The translations under genes and the position numbers were made by a program. Of a stretch of 64,000 nt of DNA, positions 17,016-25,858 are shown one piece after another; the first letter of the stretch is position 1; each line of letters starts with the position of its first letter. Source of the DNA: Gemmatimonadales bacterium (GTDB taxonomy: Bacteria; Gemmatimonadota; Gemmatimonadetes; Gemmatimonadales; GWC2-71-9); assembly GCA_044867445.1 (NCBI GenBank), contig JBIOUY010000300.1, positions 5,435 to 69,434 on the forward strand, written 5' to 3'. The notes below the pieces were generated by a model that was not told the origin of the DNA, searched no databases, and saw only the letters and a program-made list of their open reading frames with translations.

Positions 17016-18554
17016 TCAGATCCGGAGCACCAGGAGGGTTCGATCGTCCACCGGCCGCGAGCCGAAGGCGTCCGCCTCCTCCAGCACGGCCTTCACGATA
17101 GCATCGACCGGCTCGCTGCGACGGGCGCAGACCTGAGCCAGCAGCCGCTCTTCGCTGAAGGGCTCGCCTTCCTCGTTACGGGCATCCACCAGCCCATCCG
17201 TCCAGAGAACCAGCAGGTCACTGCCCACGCTCCAGGGCACTTGCCGGCGCTGAATACTCCCTGGCGTTGCGAGTCCCAGCGGAGGCGCAGTCGCAGGCAG
17301 ACGTTCGGGTTCACCGAAGGGGGGTATCCGAAAGGCATAGGGATGGCCCGCGCTGGCGTACGCCAGCCGGCCGCCCAGTGGATCGAGCACGCCATAGAAG
17401 ACGCTGAAGTACATCTCGGTTCGCGCCAGCTCGGGCGAGAGGCTGTCGAGCAGCGCGGAGAGGGTCTCGTCCGGCGTCACCGATGCCGCTGCGTGAATGC
17501 CGGCGGCGGACATCACCAGCGCCATCACCAGCGCGGCCGAGAATCCGTGCGAGGCAACGTCGCCGAGCATGACGCCGACGCGCCCCCGGCCGAGCCGGGT
17601 GAAGGTGTAGAAGTCACCGCCGACCGAATCCGCCGGTAAGCATCGGGCGGCGACCTGGGCATCACCCTGCAGCACCGACGCCGAGGGGAGCAGCTTGAGC
17701 TGAAGATCGTGCGCCAGCTCGAGCTCGCGGCGGAGGCGCTGCTGCCGAAGGTCCTTCTCCACCAGCCTGGCGTTCTCCACCGCGGCGCCGATTTGGTTGG
17801 CCACCGCCGCGACCAGCTTGCGATCGCTCAGGGTGAACCGGTCGCCACCGATCCGATCGGTGAGATTCATGACGCCGACGCATCGCAGGGGAGATCCCGG
17901 CGCCCCATAGCAGATTGGCACGCTGAGGAACGCGTTCCCCTTATATCCCCGACTGATGCCACAGTCGGGTGGCGCGGAATCGGGATTCGCCGGATCATGG
18001 GCGACGATCCGCCGCTCTCGATACACCTGGGCCGCGATCGAGCAGTCGTCGTTGACGTCTACCGGCCCCAAGCCGTCGACCCCGAACCCGCGCGCGGCCA
18101 CGGTCCGCAACACCCCCGAGCCCTCGTCGAATACCATGATGGAGGCGCGCCGCGCTCCCACTACGGTACTCACTTCGCGCACAATGGTCTGGGTCGCCTC
18201 CTCCAGCCGCACCGTCTGGCCCAGGATCTCACTGATCGCGTACAGCAGGTCGATCTCCTCGTAGCGACTCGCCAGCTCCTCTGCCAGGAAGGCGCGTTGG
18301 CGCTCGGTGTCCAGCACCGTACCGACCAGCGGGATGACCCGGTGCGCCGCGGCGCGCATCTGCTCCACGCTCCCGCTGGAGGTCTCGACCCAGAATCCCT
18401 CCACCTCGCCCAGTGGCTCGAGCCACACCTCACCCGACGGGGTCGTGACCAGCCCCGGCTTTACGGGAATGACGGGAGCCCACCCCGGATCGCCGCCGCC
18501 CGCCAGGCGCAGCGTACGCCCGTCGTACCGCCACAGGCGCACTCGCGTCCCCAC
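17016..18554 (-). CDS. GAF-domain PP2C/SpoIIE-family serine phosphatase (RsbU-like)
   Basis: 512 aa. Central GAF, then a C-terminal PP2C core (GGDFY...GDVASHG...TDGLVDA). Confidence 0.85.
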   Translation of the reverse strand: MGTRVRLWRYDGRTLRLAGGGDPGWAPVIPVKPGLVTTPSGEVWLEPLGEVEGFWVETSSGSVEQMRAAAHRVIPLVGTVLDTERQRAFLAEELASRYEEIDLLYAISEILGQTVRLEEATQTIVREVSTVVGARRASIMVFDEGSGVLRTVAARGFGVDGLGPVDVNDDCSIAAQVYRERRIVAHDPANPDSAPPDCGISRGYKGNAFLSVPICYGAPGSPLRCVGVMNLTDRIGGDRFTLSDRKLVAAVANQIGAAVENARLVEKDLRQQRLRRELELAHDLQLKLLPSASVLQGDAQVAARCLPADSVGGDFYTFTRLGRGRVGVMLGDVASHGFSAALVMALVMSAAGIHAAASVTPDETLSALLDSLSPELARTEMYFSVFYGVLDPLGGRLAYASAGHPYAFRIPPFGEPERLPATAPPLGLATPGSIQRRQVPWSVGSDLLVLWTDGLVDARNEEGEPFSEERLLAQVCARRSEPVDAIVKAVLEEADAFGSRPVDDRTLLVLRI

Positions 18555-18592
18555 GAGGGTGCTGAGGCTGTCGAGCAGGAAATCGAGCCGCC

Positions 18593-19057
18593 CTAGGGGC
18601 GGCGCAGTATCATGCAGATGGAGTTCCCTTGCTCGTTGAACTGGACAGCGTCCACGAGCTTTCTGATGAGATACAGCCCCCGTCCGCCGGCTTCATCGAG
18701 CTGCTCCGGGTGGATCGGTTCCGGAATGGCGGACGGGTCGAAGCCGGGCCCCTCATCGGTGACGTAGACCCGGATGGCATCGGGGTAGAGCTCAGCCCGA
18801 ATGTCCACCCACTTACCCCGGTCCTCGCGATTGCCTCGCACGATCGCGTTGCTGAGCGCCTCGGAGAGAACCACCTTGAGGCGAAAGCGGGTTCGTTCGG
18901 CCGTCGGGTGCCCGGCGAGGCAATGCCGGGTGACCAGCTCGACGGCCTCCTCGATGCAGCCAACCTCGCTAGGTAGCCGCAGAGTCACCAGGGTTGCCGC
19001 CCCGCCGGGGTCCAGGGCCGGCGAGCGGCGGACACAGAGGCGAAGCGGCGACGTCAT
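18593..19057 (-). CDS. anti-sigma regulatory factor, HATPase-type Ser/Thr kinase (RsbW/SpoIIAB-like)
   Basis: 154 aa with N-box ALSNAIVRGN and G-box DEGPGFD...GGRGLYLI. Confidence 0.8.
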   Translation of the reverse strand: MTSPLRLCVRRSPALDPGGAATLVTLRLPSEVGCIEEAVELVTRHCLAGHPTAERTRFRLKVVLSEALSNAIVRGNREDRGKWVDIRAELYPDAIRVYVTDEGPGFDPSAIPEPIHPEQLDEAGGRGLYLIRKLVDAVQFNEQGNSICMILRRP

Positions 19058-19069
19058 ACGACCGCGGAG

Positions 19070-19405
19070 TTAGAAGCTGGCCAGGGCCTGCTGGGGCGTT
19101 TCGGCGATGGCGAAGAGGCTGTCGAGTTTGGTGAGCTCAAACAGGGAACGGAGATCTTCGTTGAGTCCCGAGAGTCTGAGTTCGCCGCCCAGCTCCCTGA
19201 TGCGCTTGGAGATCGAGACTAAGGCGCCCAGTCCCGAGGAGTCGATGTAGCCGGTGCGGGAGAAGTCGATGAGAATGCGACGCTCGCCTCGATCCAGCGC
19301 GGCCTGGACCAGATCCTTGAGCTCCTGGCGATTGCCCACGATCAGCTGACCGTCCGCCTGCACCACCGTCACCCCGCTGGGGTCCTTGGTCTGACTGAAT
19401 CCCAT
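19070..19405 (-). CDS. STAS-domain anti-sigma-factor antagonist (RsbV/SpoIIAA-like)
   Basis: 111 aa with the phosphorylatable motif YIDSSGLGALV. Confidence 0.85.
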   Translation of the reverse strand: MGFSQTKDPSGVTVVQADGQLIVGNRQELKDLVQAALDRGERRILIDFSRTGYIDSSGLGALVSISKRIRELGGELRLSGLNEDLRSLFELTKLDSLFAIAETPQQALASF

Positions 19406-19416
19406 CGCGTTCTCCG

Positions 19417-20349
19417 TTAAGTCCTCGAGTCACACTGTAGCGCCACCATGGCGGCCACTTCGACAATATCATCGGGCGTGGCTCCCCGCGACAGGTCGGC
19501 CATGGGCCGCGCCAAGCCTTGCAGGATGGGGCCGATGGCGACGGCGCCCGCCAGCCGCTGCACCAGTTTGTAGGCGATGTTGCCCGCGTCGAGATCGGGG
19601 AAGACCAGCACGTTGGCCTTCCCCCCCACGGGCGAGTCGGGTGCCTTGCGTTCTCCGACTTCGGGCGCCAGTGCGGCGTCGCCTTGCAGCTCGCCGTCGG
19701 AAGCAATGGCGGGCGCCAATTTGTGAAACTGCGCCGCCGCCTCGCGCACCCGCGCGACCATGGGACCTTCGGCGCTGCCCTTGGTGCTATACGAGAGAAA
19801 GGCGACCCGGGGTGAGTCGCCCACCAGGCGGCTACGGTCTCGCGCGGCTGCCAGGGCAATCCCGGCCAGCTCCGCGGGGGTCGGCTCCGGTACCACCGCG
19901 CAGTCGGTGAAGGTGAGCACCCGATCGCCCGGGAGAACCATATAGAAGGAGGAGCTGACCAGCTCGACGCCGGGCGCTGTGCCGATAGCCCAGAGCGCCG
20001 CCCGGATGACCTCGGCGGTTGAATGAGTCGCGCCGGCGACACAGCCTTCGGCCTCACCCAGCGCCACCAGGGCAGCACCGAAGTTGATCGGCATGGCAGC
20101 GATGTCGAGAGCGTGGACGCCATCGCGGATCCGATCGGGACGGCGCTCGCGCAGATAGTTGGCCACGCGGCCAAGCCGGCCGTCATCGTTCGGTTGAATG
20201 CCGTTTCCACCCAGCAGGATCGGCTGGGCCACACCGTCGGCGCCGAGCTGCTCGGCGGCTCGGCGGACCCGGGGATCATCACCTTCACACAACACGATCC
20301 GGGCCCGCTTGGCGGCCGCCCGTTTCAGGAGCTGGTCGCGGAAGCTCAT
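19417..20349 (-). CDS. pta: phosphate acetyl/butyryl-transferase (short Pta form)
   Basis: 310 aa, [15 protein letters not shown]...[12 protein letters not shown]. Confidence 0.85.
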   Translation of the reverse strand: MSFRDQLLKRAAAKRARIVLCEGDDPRVRRAAEQLGADGVAQPILLGGNGIQPNDDGRLGRVANYLRERRPDRIRDGVHALDIAAMPINFGAALVALGEAEGCVAGATHSTAEVIRAALWAIGTAPGVELVSSSFYMVLPGDRVLTFTDCAVVPEPTPAELAGIALAAARDRSRLVGDSPRVAFLSYSTKGSAEGPMVARVREAAAQFHKLAPAIASDGELQGDAALAPEVGERKAPDSPVGGKANVLVFPDLDAGNIAYKLVQRLAGAVAIGPILQGLARPMADLSRGATPDDIVEVAAMVALQCDSRT

Positions 20350-20828
20350 GAACGGAAGCGCCGTGCGAGCGCGGCAGCGACCTGGGGATGGACCAGCCCT
20401 CCGACGTCACCGCCGAACCGGGCCACTTCGCGAACCAGGCTGGAGCTGAGGTAGGTGAGATCCACGGCTGGTACCAGGAACACGGTCTCCAGAGATGGGT
20501 GGAGCTGCCGATTCATCAGTGCCATCTGGAACTCATACTCGAAGTCGCTCACCGCCCGGAGTCCCCGAACAATGACGCTCGCGCCCACTTGCTTGGCGAA
20601 CTCGGCCAGGAGGCCCTCGAACGACTGCAGCGAAACGCGGGGGTCGTCCCCCACGGCGGCCTGAAGCATGGCCAGCCGCTCGTCGACGCTAAACAAAGGC
20701 TGCTTGGTCGCGTTGGTCGCGACGGCAACGATAACCCGATCGGCCAGCGCCAGGCTGCGGCGGACCAGGTCCTCGTGGCCCTTCGTCGGTGGATCGAACG
20801 AGCCGGGATAGACGGCGATCCGGGTCAT
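20346..20828 (-). CDS. coaD: phosphopantetheine adenylyltransferase
   Basis: 160 aa, [17 protein letters not shown]...ISSSLVRE. Confidence 0.95.
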   Translation of the reverse strand: MTRIAVYPGSFDPPTKGHEDLVRRSLALADRVIVAVATNATKQPLFSVDERLAMLQAAVGDDPRVSLQSFEGLLAEFAKQVGASVIVRGLRAVSDFEYEFQMALMNRQLHPSLETVFLVPAVDLTYLSSSLVREVARFGGDVGGLVHPQVAAALARRFRS

Positions 20829-21340
20829 GTCGCCTGGCAGAAGGTGAGCGCGATGTCGCCGTAGCGACGGGTGCTGTCTCCCTCCAGCGGTTGTTCGGCC
20901 GGGTGCTCGACCGAAAGAATGCGCGCGAATGCCGTCCGGCGGAAGAGCGCCACCAGTCGAGCGGCATCGTCCCGAGAGTAGGGCGGATCGGCCAGGGCGA
21001 TATCGAACTCACCGGCGCCCAGGCGCTCGGCGAAGCGGAGGGCATCCGCTCGGTGGATCCGGGTGCGATCTCCGGCCCCCAGCGCGGCGATGTTGGCCTG
21101 CAGTGCCTGGAGCGATGCCGGGCTGATCTCGACGAAGTCGGCCGTCGCGGCCCCACGCGAGAGCGCCTCAAGACCCAAGGCACCGCTGCCGGCGTACAGG
21201 TCCAGAACCCGTGCGCCCGTGAGCTCGTCACCCAAGATGCTCATCCAAGCTTCGCGCACCCGGTCGGCGGTGGGCCGGACGCGAGGGTCCTTGGGGCTGA
21301 TGAGTCGCCTCCCTCCATAGACTCCGGCTACGATGCGCAT
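20825..21340 (-). CDS. rsmD: 16S rRNA (guanine966-N2)-methyltransferase
   Basis: 171 aa, MRIVAG...RPTADRVREA..LDLYAGSGALGLEALSRGA...DPPY. Confidence 0.9.
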   Translation of the reverse strand: MRIVAGVYGGRRLISPKDPRVRPTADRVREAWMSILGDELTGARVLDLYAGSGALGLEALSRGAATADFVEISPASLQALQANIAALGAGDRTRIHRADALRFAERLGAGEFDIALADPPYSRDDAARLVALFRRTAFARILSVEHPAEQPLEGDSTRRYGDIALTFCQAT

Positions 21341-21350
21341 CTCCGCTGGC

Positions 21351-21532
21351 TATTCACCACAGAGGCACAGAGGGCTCAGAGGACTCCGTCTCATCTCGGT
21401 CTCCGATGCCTGATTCACACGAAGGCACGAAGGACACCCCTTCGTGCTCTTCGTGTCTTCGTGGTGAAACTGGCATCGGCATTCAATGGCGCGCGGAATC
21501 CTCTGTGGCCTCTCTGCCTCTGTGGCGAATAA
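21351..21532. repeat. nested double mirror-repeat hairpin (CACAGAGG outer, CACGAAGG inner)
   Basis: Outer arms are 21351-21385 and 21497-21532. Inner arms are 21404-21440 and 21441-21479. Located in the recJ-rsmD junction. Confidence 0.85.
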
Positions 21533-21578
21533 CCGCAGGAGCTAGGAGCGAGTCGGAGCCGTCGTCGTGAACTGTCCA

Positions 21579-23270
21579 TCACATGAGAGGCGGTGAGTGA
21601 GGCGACAACGCACACAGCCGAGCCTGGAGCGAGACGTTGCCATTCCACTCGTTGCACTCCAGCCGAAAGGCCGCATCTACAGGCTCGTCGGTCAACCAAG
21701 GCACCCGGTCGGCCCACTGGAATCCGATCGCGGTGAGACGAGCCGTGCCATCGTCCAGCGTGCCTTTGAGGTGGCCGTGGCCTACCCGCCCGCGTCCGAC
21801 GAAACGGACTCCGCGCACCCCGAATACCGGGCTAGCGTTGCCGGTGCCACAGGGCTCCAGGTGCCGACAGAGCCGTTCCAGCTCGTGAGTGAGCTCGCCC
21901 AGACCCACCTCGATGTCGACCCGCTGTTCCGGGCCGAGATCGTCAACCGTTAAGGTATCGCGGGCGATGCCGGTAAAGCGCTCGCGGAAAGCATCCAGCT
22001 TGTCCCGGCGGATGGTGAGCCCGGCGGCCATGTGATGTCCGCCGTATCGCTCCAGCAGGTCACCGCACGCCAGGAGTGCCGAGTGCAGGTTGAAGCGGGA
22101 GATGCTCCGGCCCGAGCCTTTGCCGATATCACCATCAAACGCAATCATGAAGGTTGGCCGGCCGTAGCGCTCGACCACGCGCGAGGCGACGATCCCCACC
22201 ACGCCAGGATGCCAACCTTCCCCCGAGAGCACGAAGCTGGCATCGCGCTCCGGATCGCCCCCGCGCTCCACCTGCGTCAGTGCTTCATCCAGGATCCGCT
22301 GGTCGAGGGCCTGCCGCTCGAGATTGAGGCCCTCGAGCCGTTGGGCGAGCCGCTGTGCCTCCTCCGAGTCGTCGGTGAGGAGCAGCCGCAATCCCTCGGT
22401 GGCCTCACCGATACGGCCGGCGGCGTTGAGCCTGGGGCCGAGTACGAAGCCCAGGTGGCCGGCGCGAAGCTCCTTGCCGCGGAGACCGGCCGCCTCGATC
22501 AGAGCTCGCACGCCCGGCCACCGGCTTTCGGCCAGCAGGCGAAGGCCATGCTTCACCAGGATCCGGTTTTCCCCTTCGAGGGGCACCACGTCGGCGACCG
22601 TGGCCAGGGCGACCAGATCAAGCAAGTGATAGGGGAAATTGACCGGGAGTCCGAGCGCTGGTACCAGCGCCTGCACCAGTTTGAAGGCGACGCCGGTGCC
22701 GCAGAGCAAGAGACTGTCCGACTGCTCTCCGGCGCACTGGGGATCCACCAGCGCAATGGCCGGCGGCAGCTCGCTTCCCGGGAGATGGTGGTCGGTGATC
22801 ACCACCCCGATGCCCGCCGCCTGCGCTGCCCTGACGGTTTCTACTGCTGTGATGCCGCAGTCGCAGGTGATCACCAGCGAGGCGCCTGCCGCCTTGGCCG
22901 CATCGAGACCGGCGACGCCAAAATCGTAGCCATCGCGCAGGCGGTGTGGCAGAAAGGGCTGCACGTCGGCGCCGGCCATGCGCAAGGCGCGGGTCAGCAG
23001 CGCGGTGGCGCATTGGCCGTCGACATCGTAGTCGCCGTGCACCAGAATGGTGCCCCGGGCGCGGACCGTGTCGGCGATGACCTCGACGGCCTGGGTCATG
23101 CCAGGGATGGCGAGCGGATCGGAGAGATCCGCGAGGGCCGGCCGGAGATATTTTCGCGCCGCCTGCTCGGTGAAATGCCCCCGTTGCACCAGCAGCGCCG
23201 CAAGCGCAAGCGGGAGATGGAGACACTCGGCCAGGGCGAGCACCTCGGCCGGATCGGGCCGTGGGGTCAT
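21579..23270 (-). CDS. recJ: single-stranded-DNA-specific exonuclease RecJ
   Basis: DHH (LVHGDYDVDG, ITCDCG, VITDHH) and DHHA1 (GGHHMAAG) motifs. Start placed at ATG 23270 (MTPRPDPAEV); the upstream ORF-track extension is Arg/Ala-rich junk. Confidence 0.93.
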   Translation of the reverse strand: MTPRPDPAEVLALAECLHLPLALAALLVQRGHFTEQAARKYLRPALADLSDPLAIPGMTQAVEVIADTVRARGTILVHGDYDVDGQCATALLTRALRMAGADVQPFLPHRLRDGYDFGVAGLDAAKAAGASLVITCDCGITAVETVRAAQAAGIGVVITDHHLPGSELPPAIALVDPQCAGEQSDSLLLCGTGVAFKLVQALVPALGLPVNFPYHLLDLVALATVADVVPLEGENRILVKHGLRLLAESRWPGVRALIEAAGLRGKELRAGHLGFVLGPRLNAAGRIGEATEGLRLLLTDDSEEAQRLAQRLEGLNLERQALDQRILDEALTQVERGGDPERDASFVLSGEGWHPGVVGIVASRVVERYGRPTFMIAFDGDIGKGSGRSISRFNLHSALLACGDLLERYGGHHMAAGLTIRRDKLDAFRERFTGIARDTLTVDDLGPEQRVDIEVGLGELTHELERLCRHLEPCGTGNASPVFGVRGVRFVGRGRVGHGHLKGTLDDGTARLTAIGFQWADRVPWLTDEPVDAAFRLECNEWNGNVSLQARLCALSPHSPPLM

Positions 23271-23334
23271 GACCCAGCGGAGCAGTGGAGCCGGAAAGAC
23301 AGTCACCACAGCAGAATACCGTTGCTCGGACAGT

Positions 23335-24054
23335 TCACGCCGACCCCTCGATCTCCGGTGGGTACAGAATCGCGCCGCAGACCTCGCAGCCGTCGAGCAC
23401 CAGGCCGCTCTTGATCTGGCTGCGGCGATTGAGCGGCACCGAGGTGTGACAGGCTCCACATGACCCATTAACCAGGGGGACCACGACGTCAGTGGATCGA
23501 GCCCGCCGGAGTCGATCGTAGCGGGTGCGCAGCTGGCGATCGATCTGAGCCGCGCTCAGCTCCCGGTCCCGCAGGGCCGCCTCTCGCTCGGCGTCCAACT
23601 CCGCCCGCTTTACCTCCAGCCCGGCCCTGCCGGCTGCCTGACCGGCCTCGAGCTCGGCGAATTTGCGCTGTTCCTCGCCGGCTTTGAGCTCGAGCTGGGT
23701 GACGGTTTCCGCGCTCCGAATCCAGTCGTTCTCCTCTTTCGCCATCACCGAGCGGGCCAGATCCAGTTCGGCCATCAGGGTCGAGGCCTCCTTGGGATTG
23801 CGCACGTGCTCCAATCTCAGCTGGCGACGCTCCTGCAGCAGCCGATAACTCTCGATCTTGCTCTCCTGCTCATCCCGACGTCGGGCCCCATCGATCGCCG
23901 CTCGCCGAGCGGCCTCCAGCACGTCGCGCGCGCGTTGGAGTGTCTGATCCAGCGTGGCGATCTCGGATTGGAGTCCCTCGATGCGCTGCTCGATTTCCAC
24001 TACGGCGGCATCCTTCGCTTGCAGATCGAGCAGTTTCACCAGGTCAGCGTGCAT
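23335..24054 (-). CDS. coiled-coil protein with C-terminal C4 zinc ribbon (COG1579-like)
   Basis: 239 aa. Long coiled coil, then CGACH...CEVCG. Confidence 0.75.
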   Translation of the reverse strand: MHADLVKLLDLQAKDAAVVEIEQRIEGLQSEIATLDQTLQRARDVLEAARRAAIDGARRRDEQESKIESYRLLQERRQLRLEHVRNPKEASTLMAELDLARSVMAKEENDWIRSAETVTQLELKAGEEQRKFAELEAGQAAGRAGLEVKRAELDAEREAALRDRELSAAQIDRQLRTRYDRLRRARSTDVVVPLVNGSCGACHTSVPLNRRSQIKSGLVLDGCEVCGAILYPPEIEGSA

Positions 24055-25858
24055 CGAAATCGCCTCTTCGAATATGCCGTTTGATAAGCTCCTCTGGAGA
24101 CAGGGTCGAAATCTCCTGATTCAGGCGTTTCTTTTCACTCACGAGAGACTCGTAGTCGGCCGAAGACACCCCCTTGTTCCGCCCCGCCAGCCGGGTCCAT
24201 TCACGCGCCAGTGGGCGGGCTTGCAGGGTACGAACGCAGTCCACGTAGGTCTGGTCTGGGTCCGGGGTGCCGTAATGGGGCTCATGATCATTGAGCAGGG
24301 TCCACGCCTTTCGAGCCTCTTCGGAAAGCTGCTCCAAGAATATTTGGGTTCCGGTACTTTCGGGACTCCTCCGCATCGCCTCGTAGAGTTCCCGGAGTGC
24401 GGGGGTTTCGAACCACTCAGCAGGAACTTGCGCGATGGCTCGCGTCAGCCATTCGCCTCCCTTCATCAGCACCCGAAGGAGAGACCGCTCAGTAGGATCC
24501 AGGCGTGGCCGCGACTCCGGCCGACCAGGGCCGGCAGTCCGGCCGAGAGGAGCTGGTCCAGCACGTTCCGACTGGACGGCCGGTTTGGCCGCCACCTGCT
24601 GTTGCAGGACGTCGCGGCTCACCCCGCTGCGCTCGCTCACGATCTTGAGGTAGAGATCCCGAGTGATGGGATCGGCTGCGGCACGGATCGTAGGGAGCAG
24701 GCGGTCGAGAGCCGCTCGCTGATGTTCCACGCTGTCGAACCACCCCTTCCGCTCGAGCAGTTGGATTTTGCGTTCCAGCACATCGACGGCGTCGCGCACG
24801 ATCGGATCGAGGGCGGCCGCGCCGCCCGCTCGCACTAGCGTATCCGGATCCTCTCCAGCGGGGAGCGTGGCGACCCGAACCCGCATGCCTTGCCGGAGCA
24901 GCTCGTCGCCGGCTCGAAACGTGGCTCGGAGACCGGCGCGGTCGCTGTCATAGAGCAGCGTGGCGGTCGGCGCGTATCGCTTGAGCAGCGCCGCCTGATC
25001 CGACGTGAGCGCGGTGCCAAGCGGGGCGATGACATGCTCGATCCCGGCCACGACCAGGCGCAGCACATCGAAGTACCCCTCCACCAGGATGACCGCTTCT
25101 TCTTTTCGGATCGCGCTCTTGGCCTGGTGCAAGTTGTAGAGCTGGCGGCCCTTGTGAAAGATCGGGGTCTCGGGAGAGTTGAGATACTTGGGCTCACCCG
25201 GGCCGAGCAGCCGGCCCCCGAATCCGACCGCACGGCCGCGGAGATCGTGGATCGGAAACAGCAGGCGGCCCCGAAACCGAGGCGCGATCGAGCCGTCGTC
25301 CCGCCGGACCGTGAGTCCAGCCTCGAGCAGGACCTCGTCCTTGACACCCAACGCCGTCATGGCCCCGAGGAATCCGCTGCCCCCCGGCGCGAATCCCAGT
25401 CCATACAGAGCAGCGGTTTCGATCGGCACACTGCGGCCTTCCAGATATTCCCGAGCAAGTCGCGCTTCGGGAAGCTCCAGCAGCTGCCGGGCGAACCAAT
25501 CGTGCGCCGCCGCCACCGCACCGAAGAGCGGCTCCAGCGGGTCGGGGCCGGTCCTGCCGGGACGGTCGGGAATCACGATGCCACACCGTCGCGCCACATC
25601 GCGTACCGCGGTGGGATAGTCCATTCCGAATCGCTTCATGAGCCAGGAGAAGACGTCGCCCGACTCATGACAGACGAAGCAGTAGTAGCGACCCTTCTTA
25701 GGGATGACCGCGAAGTTCCGGTGGGTCCCCCCGTGAAAGGGGCAGGGCGCGCGGTAGTCCGAGCCAGTGCGCTTGAGCTCGACCGACTCCCCGATGATGC
25801 CGACAATGTCGGCGGTGTCGCGCACCTGCTCGATGGTCTCGTCGGGAATCATGCTCAC
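24044..25858 (-). CDS. dnaG: DNA primase
   Basis: Zinc finger CPFHGGTHRNF...CFVCH, a TOPRIM domain (VEGYFDV...LYDSDRAG), and a C-terminal helicase-interaction region. Confidence 0.95.
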   Translation of the reverse strand: MSMIPDETIEQVRDTADIVGIIGESVELKRTGSDYRAPCPFHGGTHRNFAVIPKKGRYYCFVCHESGDVFSWLMKRFGMDYPTAVRDVARRCGIVIPDRPGRTGPDPLEPLFGAVAAAHDWFARQLLELPEARLAREYLEGRSVPIETAALYGLGFAPGGSGFLGAMTALGVKDEVLLEAGLTVRRDDGSIAPRFRGRLLFPIHDLRGRAVGFGGRLLGPGEPKYLNSPETPIFHKGRQLYNLHQAKSAIRKEEAVILVEGYFDVLRLVVAGIEHVIAPLGTALTSDQAALLKRYAPTATLLYDSDRAGLRATFRAGDELLRQGMRVRVATLPAGEDPDTLVRAGGAAALDPIVRDAVDVLERKIQLLERKGWFDSVEHQRAALDRLLPTIRAAADPITRDLYLKIVSERSGVSRDVLQQQVAAKPAVQSERAGPAPLGRTAGPGRPESRPRLDPTERSLLRVLMKGGEWLTRAIAQVPAEWFETPALRELYEAMRRSPESTGTQIFLEQLSEEARKAWTLLNDHEPHYGTPDPDQTYVDCVRTLQARPLAREWTRLAGRNKGVSSADYESLVSEKKRLNQEISTLSPEELIKRHIRRGDFDAR

